NCBI GenBank assembly: GCA_017465465.1
Contig: JAFTWE010000006.1
Span: forward strand, 18,466-82,465
DNA: 64,000 bases
Reading direction: 5' to 3'
Source: Clostridia bacterium
GTDB taxonomy: Bacteria; Bacillota; Clostridia; Oscillospirales; Acutalibacteraceae
Within the stretch, counting starts at the first letter, position 1; the number at the start of each line of letters is the position of its first letter. Below are positions 9,961 to 18,296 of the stretch, piece after piece. The notes below the pieces were generated by a model. The model saw only the letters and a program-made list of their open reading frames with translations, was not told the DNA's origin and did not search any database. Position numbers and translations under genes: made by a program.

Positions 9961-10706
9961 ATTCCCAAAATTTCACAAATGGCTTTGCCTACGCCGCCCT
10001 CCTTTGCGGGGGCGGTTATTTTTGTGCAAAGAGCCTTAACCTCATCCTGAGCGTTGCCCACTGCAACAGATATGCCTGCGTAAGTGAGCATATCAATGTC
10101 ATTTGCGCTGTCACCGATTGCAACACAGCGCTCACGGGGAATGCCGCATTTATTCAGAATAAGCTCCATTCCCGTTGCTTTTGAATAGCCTTTGGGTGCA
10201 TATTCAAGGTAAGTGGGGTGCTGAAAAACAATGTATCTTTCGCTGAGCTTTTCAATTTCTTCATCTGAAAGAATGTGGGGCAAAAAGAATTTGGTGATTC
10301 TTGACTCAGCGTGATTTTTGAGATAATCATCTCCGTTTTCAAGAAGAATAAAATCTTCGCTGTCGTGAAATTTATTGCGGAAATTCTGTGTTTCACCCTC
10401 AAGAACAACCGTCTTGCCCTCAGCGGTGAATTTGTCAAGCATTTCAGCAACCTCTTCAGGAGGAATTGCCACAGACAAAAGCTGTTCGTCACCGCAGGTA
10501 ACATAACAGCCGATGCCTACCACATAGCCGTCAAAATCAATTTCACGCACATACTCAGGCACATAGCCCATACTTCTGCCGCTGTTAATAAAAACCTTGT
10601 GGCCCAGTGCTCTTGCTTTTTTAATGGCTTCTTTGTTTTCGTCGCAGACAAAGCCACCCGAAGAGAGTGTTCCGTCAATATCAAGAAAAAACGCGTATTT
10701 ATCCAT
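9957..10706 (-). CDS. Cof-type HAD-IIB phosphatase
   Basis: FLDIDGTL motif I, GDSANDIDML motif IV, 249 aa. Confidence 0.8.
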   Translation of the reverse strand: MDKYAFFLDIDGTLSSGGFVCDENKEAIKKARALGHKVFINSGRSMGYVPEYVREIDFDGYVVGIGCYVTCGDEQLLSVAIPPEEVAEMLDKFTAEGKTVVLEGETQNFRNKFHDSEDFILLENGDDYLKNHAESRITKFFLPHILSDEEIEKLSERYIVFQHPTYLEYAPKGYSKATGMELILNKCGIPRERCVAIGDSANDIDMLTYAGISVAVGNAQDEVKALCTKITAPAKEGGVGKAICEILGI

Positions 10707-11457
10707 TTTTGATAATCCTTTTCAATTCTGTGGCAATATTTTTTGTGTCAACGGCTTCAAGGCGGTGTGCATCTGTACCGATTGTAAAAACAACGCCGAT
10801 TTCTTTGCCGATGTGATACATTTTTCTGATAAGCTCAGGGTCACTTCCTATGTTGCCTGAATTAAATTCCCAGGCGCAACCGCTCCGATGACCCTCAAGC
10901 ATAATATCCCCAAGCTCATTTTCGCTCCAGGTGTTGCCTACGGTATCACCTGGCCAGCCCTTTGCTCTTGTGAGGTATCTGCCTGAAAAGGGGTGGGCAA
11001 TGGTGTCGGCGGCTTTATTGCGGAAAAGATTGTGAAGCATTCTTTTGGTAACTTCCTTGTAGCCTTCAGGTGTGCCGTCGTCACCCTGTTGCCAGCCTGT
11101 TACGTGAAAATGGTTTTGCGCATAAAGGCGGTAGTCGGTTTCAATTTCTACGCCGTTTAATGTATAATCATCTTCCTTGTAGCAAGAAAATTCACCGCCG
11201 ATTAAAACCTTGATATCGGGGTTTATTTCATCGCGGAGCTTGCGGAGTTTTGCGCAATTTTCAATAAATTCAGGTAGCTCGTCACGCTTATAAACGTGGT
11301 CGGTAATTGCAATCATTTCAAGCCCGGCGCTCTTTGCTACTCTTAAAATTTCTGCAAATTCCATTTCTTCCTTGGCACAGCCTGAGAAGTTTGTGTGAAT
11401 ATGAAGGTTGCGCCTTGCAAGCTCATTGATATCATAAGTTTTTTCAGTAAAAAACAT
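10699..11457 (-). CDS. PHP-domain (histidinol-phosphatase-like) metal-dependent phosphoesterase
   Basis: NLHIHTNFSGC and AITDH motifs. The 3' end overlaps the start of the HAD gene by 8 nt. Confidence 0.6.
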   Translation of the reverse strand: MFFTEKTYDINELARRNLHIHTNFSGCAKEEMEFAEILRVAKSAGLEMIAITDHVYKRDELPEFIENCAKLRKLRDEINPDIKVLIGGEFSCYKEDDYTLNGVEIETDYRLYAQNHFHVTGWQQGDDGTPEGYKEVTKRMLHNLFRNKAADTIAHPFSGRYLTRAKGWPGDTVGNTWSENELGDIMLEGHRSGCAWEFNSGNIGSDPELIRKMYHIGKEIGVVFTIGTDAHRLEAVDTKNIATELKRIIKNG

Positions 11458-11568
11458 TTTATCATCTCCGCGGATATTTTATCAATTTAATTCTATGTTG
11501 TCAATTATTATTGACTTTCAGCAATAAAAATGTTAATCTTTGTTTGTATAAATTTAGGAGGAGACGCT

Positions 11569-13485
11569 ATGAAAAAACTTATAAGCATTTTTCTTGTAAT
11601 TGTTCTCTTGGCAACAAGTGTTTCTGCTTTTGCCGCAAAGCCCATTCCCGAATACGACCACAACTGCCTGACCGACTGTCAGGGTAACTGTGAATATTCA
11701 CCGATTATTGTTGTTCACGGAATTATGCAGTCACAGGTTTATGTTCAGGATAAAGAGGGCAACGATGTTCTCACAAGTGACGGTTTCCCCATTGTTGAGG
11801 GTATGGATATGCAGTTTATGTTTGATATGAACACTATAACTGACCAGATTCCTGCACTCATTATCAAGCTTCTTGTGGGTGTTCTTCTCGGTAACAGAGA
11901 TATTTTTGTTGACGAGGTTGTAAATGTTGTTGACTCAGCTTTCAGCTCTCACTATTTCAAGCCTGACGGAACCCGTGAAAACGGTATTCATGTCGATGAA
12001 TACTGGTATTCAGACGAGGTTGCTATGACAAAACCCGATAAGTCCTACGGCTACGCTCAGGGCTACCGCACAGATGATGAGGGTAACACTCTTCCTTCAT
12101 ACAAATATGAGTATGAATATGATTTTATCGAGGCTCAGGTTGATATTTCAAGCTACTGTGAAAAGGCAGGCTATGACCACGCTTATTACTATGCCTACAG
12201 CTCATTCGGTGACACTCTTGAAACTGCCGAAAGACTTGATTCCTATGTTCAGATGGTAAAAGAGCAGACTGGTCACGATAAGGTAACAATCGTTTTCATC
12301 AGCCTTGGCGGAACAATCGGTAACGCTTACCTTGCAAAATATTGCAACCCCGATGATATCGACAGAGTAATTTATGCCGCCGCCGCAACTGACGGCTCAT
12401 ATCTTCTCAGCGACCTTATGAATGCCGCACTCAGCTTTGAAGATGCAGAGCTTTTCTATTCAGAAATGATTCCTCTCATTCTTCAGCTTACCGACAGCGG
12501 TATGGATTGGTTGGGATATCTTCTCAACTTTGTAACAAGAGCTATTCCTTACGGACTTTTTACCGACCATATTGATTACCTTGCAGGCAGAGTTATTCAG
12601 GAGGTTTTAGGCAACCTTCTTATGAATTGCCCGTCAATGTGGGCACTTGTTCCAAGCGGTGAATACGAAGCCATGGCTGAAAAATATATTTCAGACGAGG
12701 CTCATGCTCCCTTGAAGGCAAAAACTGATGAATATTATGAAATTCAGAAAAATGCCGCCGCAACTGCCAAAAAGCTCTCAGACGAGGGTATGGATATTTT
12801 TGTAATCTGCGGTTACGGTCTTCCTCTTCCCAGCGCTATTGAAAATTGGGATTACAGCTCAGATAACATCATTCAGATTCAGTCAACATCTTTGGGTGCA
12901 ACATCTGCAAAATACGGCGAAGTTCTTCCCGAAGATTATGAGCCTGCTATTGATGAAAGCTATATTTCACCTGACGGCTCACTTGATGCAGGTACTTGTG
13001 CTCTCCCCGACAGAACCTGGTTTATCCAAAATCAGAGCCACTTAAAGCTCCAGTCATCTGTTGAGGATGTTATTGCTCTTTGCGTTGATATTGCAACAGA
13101 TAAATCAATCACCGATGCAAGAGTAAATAACGGAGGATATCCTCAGTTTAATCAGTATCGTGACAACAAGGGTCTTCGTGACAGAATTTATACTTACGAG
13201 CATCTCACTGAGGAAGAGCTTGCAACAATCTCTGCAGAAGACAAGGCTGAGCTTGATGCCGCTTATGAAAAGGCAGTTAAAGAGCTTGAAAAGCGTGCCT
13301 GGAACTATGACGAAGCAAAGGCTGTTGAAATTGAGCTTTACACAAAGCTTTATGACCTTGGCTTTGTTGGTGAAAGTCCGTTTGAAAAGTATGAGCTCAA
13401 CGGTCTTCTCACCCCAATCTTTAAGGCCGCAAGCGATTTGATACTTATGCTTTACGGCGCAAGAGACTATTATCCCTTCAACTGA
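11569..13485 (+). CDS. Secreted alpha/beta-hydrolase, lipase/esterase-like (paralog of 1428-3197)
   Basis: AGGAGGAG RBS before ATG 11569. Signal peptide MKKLISIFLVIVLLATSVSAFA. The IIVVHGI and FISLGGTIG motifs are colinear with the first copy. Confidence 0.65.
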   Translation: MKKLISIFLVIVLLATSVSAFAAKPIPEYDHNCLTDCQGNCEYSPIIVVHGIMQSQVYVQDKEGNDVLTSDGFPIVEGMDMQFMFDMNTITDQIPALIIKLLVGVLLGNRDIFVDEVVNVVDSAFSSHYFKPDGTRENGIHVDEYWYSDEVAMTKPDKSYGYAQGYRTDDEGNTLPSYKYEYEYDFIEAQVDISSYCEKAGYDHAYYYAYSSFGDTLETAERLDSYVQMVKEQTGHDKVTIVFISLGGTIGNAYLAKYCNPDDIDRVIYAAAATDGSYLLSDLMNAALSFEDAELFYSEMIPLILQLTDSGMDWLGYLLNFVTRAIPYGLFTDHIDYLAGRVIQEVLGNLLMNCPSMWALVPSGEYEAMAEKYISDEAHAPLKAKTDEYYEIQKNAAATAKKLSDEGMDIFVICGYGLPLPSAIENWDYSSDNIIQIQSTSLGATSAKYGEVLPEDYEPAIDESYISPDGSLDAGTCALPDRTWFIQNQSHLKLQSSVEDVIALCVDIATDKSITDARVNNGGYPQFNQYRDNKGLRDRIYTYEHLTEEELATISAEDKAELDAAYEKAVKELEKRAWNYDEAKAVEIELYTKLYDLGFVGESPFEKYELNGLLTPIFKAASDLILMLYGARDYYPFN

Positions 13486-13494
13486 ACAAACCAA

Positions 13495-13526
13495 AAGCGG
13501 TAGGTTTCCCTACCGCTTAATTTTTT
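13495..13526. terminator. Bidirectional hairpin terminator
   Basis: AAGCGGTAGG TTTC CCTACCGCTT followed by AATTTTTT, between convergent genes. Confidence 0.65.
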
Positions 13527-14742
13527 ACTGCTTATAATAAGAAAGGAAATCTCTCAGCTCATCAACAGCCTTTTTAAGCTGTGTCTTTTCGGGGAGATAT
13601 ACAATTCTGAAATGGTCCGGGTTTTCCCAATGGAAGCCGCCGCCGTGAGTGAGGAGGATTTTTTTATCCTTGAGTAAATCAAGAACAAACTGCTCATCAT
13701 CTTTTATGTTAAACCTCTTTGTGTCAATTTTTGGAAAGATGTAAAAAGCCGCCTTAGGTTTTACCGCTGAAAGACCCGGGATAGAATTGATTTCGTTATA
13801 AATCAGTTCTCTCTGCTCATAAACTCTGCCGCCGGGGGCTATAAGTGCCTTTGTTTCTTCCGTGGCAGAAAGTGCTGTTTCAATCACCGACTGTGCAGGC
13901 ACATTTGAGCAAAGTCGCATTGAAGAAAGAAGATTCAGCCCCTCAATGTAGCCTTTAACATTTTTCTTGTTTCCGCAAAGTGTCATCCAGCCGCAACGGT
14001 AGCCTGCAATCAGGTGAGATTTGGAAAGTCCGTTGTAGGTAATTGTCAGAGTATCGGGGGCAAGAGTTGCAATGGAAATATGCTCTTCGCCGTCCATAAC
14101 CAGTCTGTCATAAATTTCGTCTGCAAAAATTATCATTCCGTTTTCTGTTGCAAGGTCTGCAATTTTTTGCAAAACATCTTTTGAATAAAGCGCACCTGTC
14201 GGGTTGTTGGGGTTAATAACAACAATGCCCTTTGTGTTGGGTGTGATTTTCTTTTTGATGTCATCAATATCAGGCTGCCAGTCTGAACTTTCGTCACAGA
14301 TGTAGTGAACGGCTGTTCCCCCTGCAAGGGTAACGGATGCTGTCCATAAAGGGTAGTCAGGAGAGGGAACGAGAATTTCATCACCCTTGTCAAGAAGACC
14401 CTGCATACTCATTGTAATAAGCTCACTTACGCCGTTGCCTGTGTAAATGTCATTTACCGTAACGCCCTCGATGCCCTTGACCTGTGTGCAATATTTTGCA
14501 ATGGCTTCTCTGGCAGAAAGAAGTCCTTTTGAGGTTGAATAGCCTTCGGTCTGAGTAAGGCTTGATTCAATTTTTTTAATAATTTCTTCGGGAGCCTTAA
14601 ATCCGAATGGGGCAGGGTTGCCTATGTTAAGCTTAAGAATGCTTTCGCCCAAAGCTTCCATTCTTTCGGCCTCATCCATAACAGGGCCTCTTATGTCGTA
14701 GCAAACATTATCAAGCTTTTTTGATTTTCCGATTGTTTTCAT
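13525..14742 (-). CDS. alaA: Class I PLP-dependent aminotransferase of the AlaA (glutamate-pyruvate) type
   Basis: 405 aa. It is colinear, from memory, with E. coli AlaA: KLDNVCYDIRGPV, LNIGNPAPFGF, GNGVSELI, INPNNPTGA, SKSHLIAGYRCGW, MRLCSNVPAQ. It is preceded by an Ala-specifier T-box. Confidence 0.8.
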   Translation of the reverse strand: MKTIGKSKKLDNVCYDIRGPVMDEAERMEALGESILKLNIGNPAPFGFKAPEEIIKKIESSLTQTEGYSTSKGLLSAREAIAKYCTQVKGIEGVTVNDIYTGNGVSELITMSMQGLLDKGDEILVPSPDYPLWTASVTLAGGTAVHYICDESSDWQPDIDDIKKKITPNTKGIVVINPNNPTGALYSKDVLQKIADLATENGMIIFADEIYDRLVMDGEEHISIATLAPDTLTITYNGLSKSHLIAGYRCGWMTLCGNKKNVKGYIEGLNLLSSMRLCSNVPAQSVIETALSATEETKALIAPGGRVYEQRELIYNEINSIPGLSAVKPKAAFYIFPKIDTKRFNIKDDEQFVLDLLKDKKILLTHGGGFHWENPDHFRIVYLPEKTQLKKAVDELRDFLSYYKQ

Positions 14743-14756
14743 TTTGTCACGCCTTT

Positions 14757-15005
14757 CAAAACAAAAGCCCCAAACGCATTATATGCGTTCAGGGCGAAAA
14801 TATCCGTGTTACCACCTGAATTCAGAGTATATACTCTGCACTCTTAACCTGTAACGGAGGCTCCGTCGGCGCTTAATGGCTTTCGCTTTCTGCGCCGCCA
14901 CTCAGGGATGGCTTTGGGTGTGTTGCTCATAAAGACTTGCACCGACCGTCTTTTCTCTGATTTCACTTCACACTTACTCTTTCCCGTCAAAGTGTTTGCA
15001 ATATG
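14757..15005 (-). promoter_or_regulatory. T-box leader (candidate specifier GCC = Ala) with intrinsic terminator
   Basis: The minus-strand RNA contains AGAGA, GGUGCAA, and specifier-loop 3' side CCAAAGCCA before helix UCCC. It also has the T-box core AAUUCAGGUGGUAACACGG. The terminator is GCCCUGAACGCAU/AUGCGUUUGGGGC + UUUUGUUUUG, whose U.G/G.U pairs exist only on this strand. Confidence 0.8.
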
Positions 15006-15011
15006 GGTGGA

Positions 15012-15040
15012 ATTTTATCATATACCGCAAAAAAAGTCAA
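15012..15040 (-). promoter_or_regulatory. Sigma-A-type promoter for the T-box/alaA transcript
   Basis: On the minus strand, TTGACT - 17 nt - TAAAAT. Confidence 0.5.
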
Positions 15041-15120
15041 TATGTTTAAAGAACATTCTGCTGATTTTGTAGTTTGCATTTTATGTCGAAAATGGTATAA
15101 TAGCCGTCGAGGTGTTTTGA

Positions 15121-16092
15121 ATGAAAAAAGGATTAAAAATATTTTTATCTGTTCTTGCTGTAATTATTGTTGCAGTAGCAGGCTTGCTGACCTATTTGTA
15201 TTGCATTGTTTCAGACCCGTCTGAAATTATAAAATATGAAACAACCAACCCTGCAATCACAGGCAAAACTCTTGTTTCTGCTCACAGAAGCGGCAGCGGT
15301 ATTGCCCCTGAAGAAACAATGGTGGCTTTCAAAAACTGCATTGAAAGTGAAAGCTTCAATACAGATGTTTATGAATTTGACCTTCATATCACCAAAGACA
15401 ATGTTCTTGTTCTCCTCCACGATGACACTCTTGACAGAACAAGTGACAGCGTTGAGGTTTTTGGTGAAGAAGATGTTAAACCCGAAGACAAAACTTATGA
15501 AGAGCTTCGCCAGCTCAATATGGGTGCAAAGTTTGAGGACGAAAACGGAAATATGCCTTATGCACACCTTAAAGGCGACGCTGTGCCTGATGATTTGAGA
15601 ATTGTCCGCCTTGAGGATGTTCTTGATTACCTTATGGCAAACGGTGATTTTGATTACATAATTGAAATTAAAAACGGTGACGAGCTTGGCAAAAAAGCCG
15701 CCGACGAGCTTTATAAAATTCTTGAAGAAAAAGAACTTCTTGACGATGTAATCTTCGGCACATTCAACGGAGAAGTAAGTGAATATGTTGATGAAAATTA
15801 TCCTAAGCTCCTCAGAAGCTCAACCATTATGGAAGTGCTTGATTTCTATGTTAAAGCAAACCTCGGTTCAGAGGATTTTGAGGCTGATTATGTAGCTCTT
15901 CAAATTCCTTATAAGCTTGCCTGTGTAAACCTCGGCACAGCTAAGGTTATTAACTACGCTCACGAGCACAATCTCGCTGTTCAGTATTGGACAATTAACG
16001 AAGAGGAAGAGATTGAATATCTTGTTTCATTGGGCGCTGACTGCATTATGAGCGACTACCCCGACAAGGTTTATGACATTGTTAACAAATAA
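15121..16092 (+). CDS. Membrane-anchored glycerophosphodiester phosphodiesterase (GDPD family)
   Basis: GAGGTG RBS and an N-terminal TM. GDPD motifs SAHRSGSG..APEET and FDLHITKDNVLVLLHDDTLDRT are present. Confidence 0.8.
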   Translation: MKKGLKIFLSVLAVIIVAVAGLLTYLYCIVSDPSEIIKYETTNPAITGKTLVSAHRSGSGIAPEETMVAFKNCIESESFNTDVYEFDLHITKDNVLVLLHDDTLDRTSDSVEVFGEEDVKPEDKTYEELRQLNMGAKFEDENGNMPYAHLKGDAVPDDLRIVRLEDVLDYLMANGDFDYIIEIKNGDELGKKAADELYKILEEKELLDDVIFGTFNGEVSEYVDENYPKLLRSSTIMEVLDFYVKANLGSEDFEADYVALQIPYKLACVNLGTAKVINYAHEHNLAVQYWTINEEEEIEYLVSLGADCIMSDYPDKVYDIVNK

Positions 16093-16100
16093 TATCTTAA

Positions 16101-16125
16101 GCGCCCGTTTTGCGGGTGCTTTTTT
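16101..16125 (+). terminator. Intrinsic terminator
   Basis: GCGCCCG TTTTG CGGGTGC followed by TTTTTT. Confidence 0.7.
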
Positions 16126-16185
16126 ATTGAAAAAAAGAAATAAGTGTGATAGAATGAAACCATAATTTTTAAGGAGGGCACTGCC

Positions 16186-17301
16186 TTGACTTATTTTGAA
16201 AATGTTAAAAAGAATTTTGGCTTTGGCTGTATGCGCTTGCCTATGCTTGAAAACGGCGAGGTTGACTATGGCCACTTTTCAAAAATGATAGATACTTTTA
16301 TGGATGAGGGCTTTAATTATTTTGACACAGCCCATGGCTATATCGACGGCAAAAGCGAAGTTGCCATAAGAGAATGCCTTGCTAAAAGATATAACAGAGA
16401 AAGCTATATTCTCACCAATAAATTAAGTGACGGCTATTTTCAGAAAGAGGAGGATATTGTACCTTTCTTTGAAAGTCAGCTTGAAGCTTGCGGTGTGGAA
16501 TATTTTGATTTTTATCTCTTTCACGCCATAAATAAAAAGTATTATAAAAAATACACCGAATGCAACGCTTTTGAAACCGTGAAAAAGCTCAAGGGGCAGG
16601 GCAGAGTGCGTCATATCGGTATGTCTTTCCACGATAAGGCAGAGGTGCTTGATATGATTTTATCTGAGCATCCTGAAATTGAGGTGGTGCAAATTCAGTT
16701 TAACTACCTTGACTATGAAGATGTTGGCGTTGAGGGCAGACTTTGCTATGAGGTTTGCCGTAAGCATAACAAGCCCATTATTGTTATGGAGCCTGTAAGG
16801 GGCGGCTCGCTTGTTAATCTCCCTGACAAAGCCAAAGCGGTTTTAAATGCTCTTAACGGCGGAAGCATTGCAAGCTATGCAATCCGCTTTGCCGCAGGCT
16901 TTGAGGGTATGTTTATGACCCTTTCGGGTATGAGCAATATGGAACAGATGAATGACAACCTCAGCTATATGAAAGAATTTGTTCCGCTTAACGAAAAAGA
17001 GCTCAGAGCAGTTGAAACGGTTTGCGGAATATTAAAGGATGAAGATGTAATTCCCTGCACCGCCTGCAGTTATTGTGTTGCAGGTTGCCCTATGAATATT
17101 GCTATTCCCGATTTGTTCTCTTGCTACAATTCCAAAAAACAGCATGAGGATTATAACGGCGGCTGGTATTATTATCTTTATACACTTGATAAGGGTAAGG
17201 CTAAGGATTGTATCGGTTGCGGCGCTTGTGAAGAAATTTGCCCCCAGGGCATCAATATAAGAGAACAGCTTAAGGCTGTGTCTGAAATTTTTGATAAATA
17301 A
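16186..17301 (+). CDS. Aldo/keto reductase with C-terminal 4Fe-4S ferredoxin-like domain
   Basis: TTG start 8 nt after AAGGAGGG. AKR-type N-terminus (GFGCMRLP, FDTAHGY). C-terminal CxxCxxCxxxCP-type motifs CTACSYCVAGCP and CIGCGACEEICP. Confidence 0.75.
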   Translation: MTYFENVKKNFGFGCMRLPMLENGEVDYGHFSKMIDTFMDEGFNYFDTAHGYIDGKSEVAIRECLAKRYNRESYILTNKLSDGYFQKEEDIVPFFESQLEACGVEYFDFYLFHAINKKYYKKYTECNAFETVKKLKGQGRVRHIGMSFHDKAEVLDMILSEHPEIEVVQIQFNYLDYEDVGVEGRLCYEVCRKHNKPIIVMEPVRGGSLVNLPDKAKAVLNALNGGSIASYAIRFAAGFEGMFMTLSGMSNMEQMNDNLSYMKEFVPLNEKELRAVETVCGILKDEDVIPCTACSYCVAGCPMNIAIPDLFSCYNSKKQHEDYNGGWYYYLYTLDKGKAKDCIGCGACEEICPQGINIREQLKAVSEIFDK

Positions 17302-17311
17302 GGAATGTTTT

Positions 17312-17848
17312 ATGAAAACTAACATATTGAAAAAGATAAATATCAGAAACAAAACACTTTTAACCGTAGTTGCAATCATTTCGGCTGTTGCGTTGCCTCA
17401 GCTTGCCCATTTAATCGGCGGTTATGCCGGACTCGGTACTTCTGTTGGCGAAATCTTTTTGCCAATGCACCTGCCTGTTATTGTGGCGGGTCTTGTCGGC
17501 GGCCCTGTTGTGGGCGCAGTTGCAGGTGTGTTAGCTCCCGTTATCAGCTTTGCTTTAACAGGTATGCCCACCGCCGTTGCTCTGCCGTTTATTCTTGTTG
17601 AAATTTTTACTTACGGTCTTGTTTCAGGCGTTATGAGTAATGTGAAGCTCAACGGCTTTTTGAAGGTTCTTTTAACCCAGGCTTCAGGCAGAGTGATGAG
17701 AATTTTAGCTGTAGTGCTTGCAACAACCGTTTTCGGCTTTGAAAAAATCACCCTTGCCGCAGTTCTTTCTTCAATGGCAATGGGTGTTGTCGGCATTATT
17801 ATTCAGTGGCTCGTTTGTGCTGTGGCTCTTCGCAAAAAATATGAATGA
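17312..17848 (+). CDS. Integral membrane protein, ECF-transporter S-component-like
   Basis: About 178 aa with 5-6 hydrophobic helices and a Gly/Ala/Val-rich composition typical of S components. Substrate unknown. Confidence 0.45.
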   Translation: MKTNILKKINIRNKTLLTVVAIISAVALPQLAHLIGGYAGLGTSVGEIFLPMHLPVIVAGLVGGPVVGAVAGVLAPVISFALTGMPTAVALPFILVEIFTYGLVSGVMSNVKLNGFLKVLLTQASGRVMRILAVVLATTVFGFEKITLAAVLSSMAMGVVGIIIQWLVCAVALRKKYE

Positions 17849-18251
17849 TTTAATTAAGGCAAAAGAGCTCTTGAAAGGTGACTGCACTTGTGTTCTTTGC
17901 AAAGGTGAAAGTGTTGTAACCTCCGATGAGAGGGGAGTTTTACCCCTTGTGAAATGGATAGACGAGGGCAAAAGCTTTGTCGGCTATTCTGTTGCCGATA
18001 AGGTTGTGGGCAAAGCGGCGGCACTTTTGTATGTAACGCTTGGGGTTAAAACCGTTTATGCACCCGTAATCAGTAAGGGTGCGGCCAAAGTGCTCGAAAA
18101 ATATTGCATAGAATATTGGTATGATACATTGGCAGATGCAATTATCAACCGCAAGGGTGACGGCTTCTGCCCTATGGAAACGGCTGTTAAAGAAATTGAC
18201 ACCCCCGAAGAGGCACTTGTTGCAATTAAAAACAAGCTTAAAGAAATGTAA
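17841..18251 (+). CDS. DUF1893 (TM1506-like) family protein
   Basis: ATG 17841 overlaps the upstream stop (ATGAATGA). The sequence CTCVLCKG...DKVVGKAAALL...GDGFCPME matches my memory of the DUF1893 family. Confidence 0.55.
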   Translation: MNDLIKAKELLKGDCTCVLCKGESVVTSDERGVLPLVKWIDEGKSFVGYSVADKVVGKAAALLYVTLGVKTVYAPVISKGAAKVLEKYCIEYWYDTLADAIINRKGDGFCPMETAVKEIDTPEEALVAIKNKLKEM

Positions 18252-18258
18252 AAAAATA

Positions 18259-18283
18259 AGCACCGAGATTTTTTCTCGGTGCT
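18259..18283. terminator. Bidirectional hairpin terminator
   Basis: AGCACCGAGA TTTTT TCTCGGTGCT with flanking A- and T-runs, between convergent genes. Confidence 0.65.
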
Positions 18284-18296
18284 AAATTTTTGCTTA

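Noticed and set aside
15003-15224. 73-aa plus-strand ORF upstream of, and overlapping, the GDPD gene
   Set aside because: It overlaps the minus-strand T-box promoter and the real GDPD start, which has its own GAGGTG RBS at 15109-15114. It has no RBS of its own.
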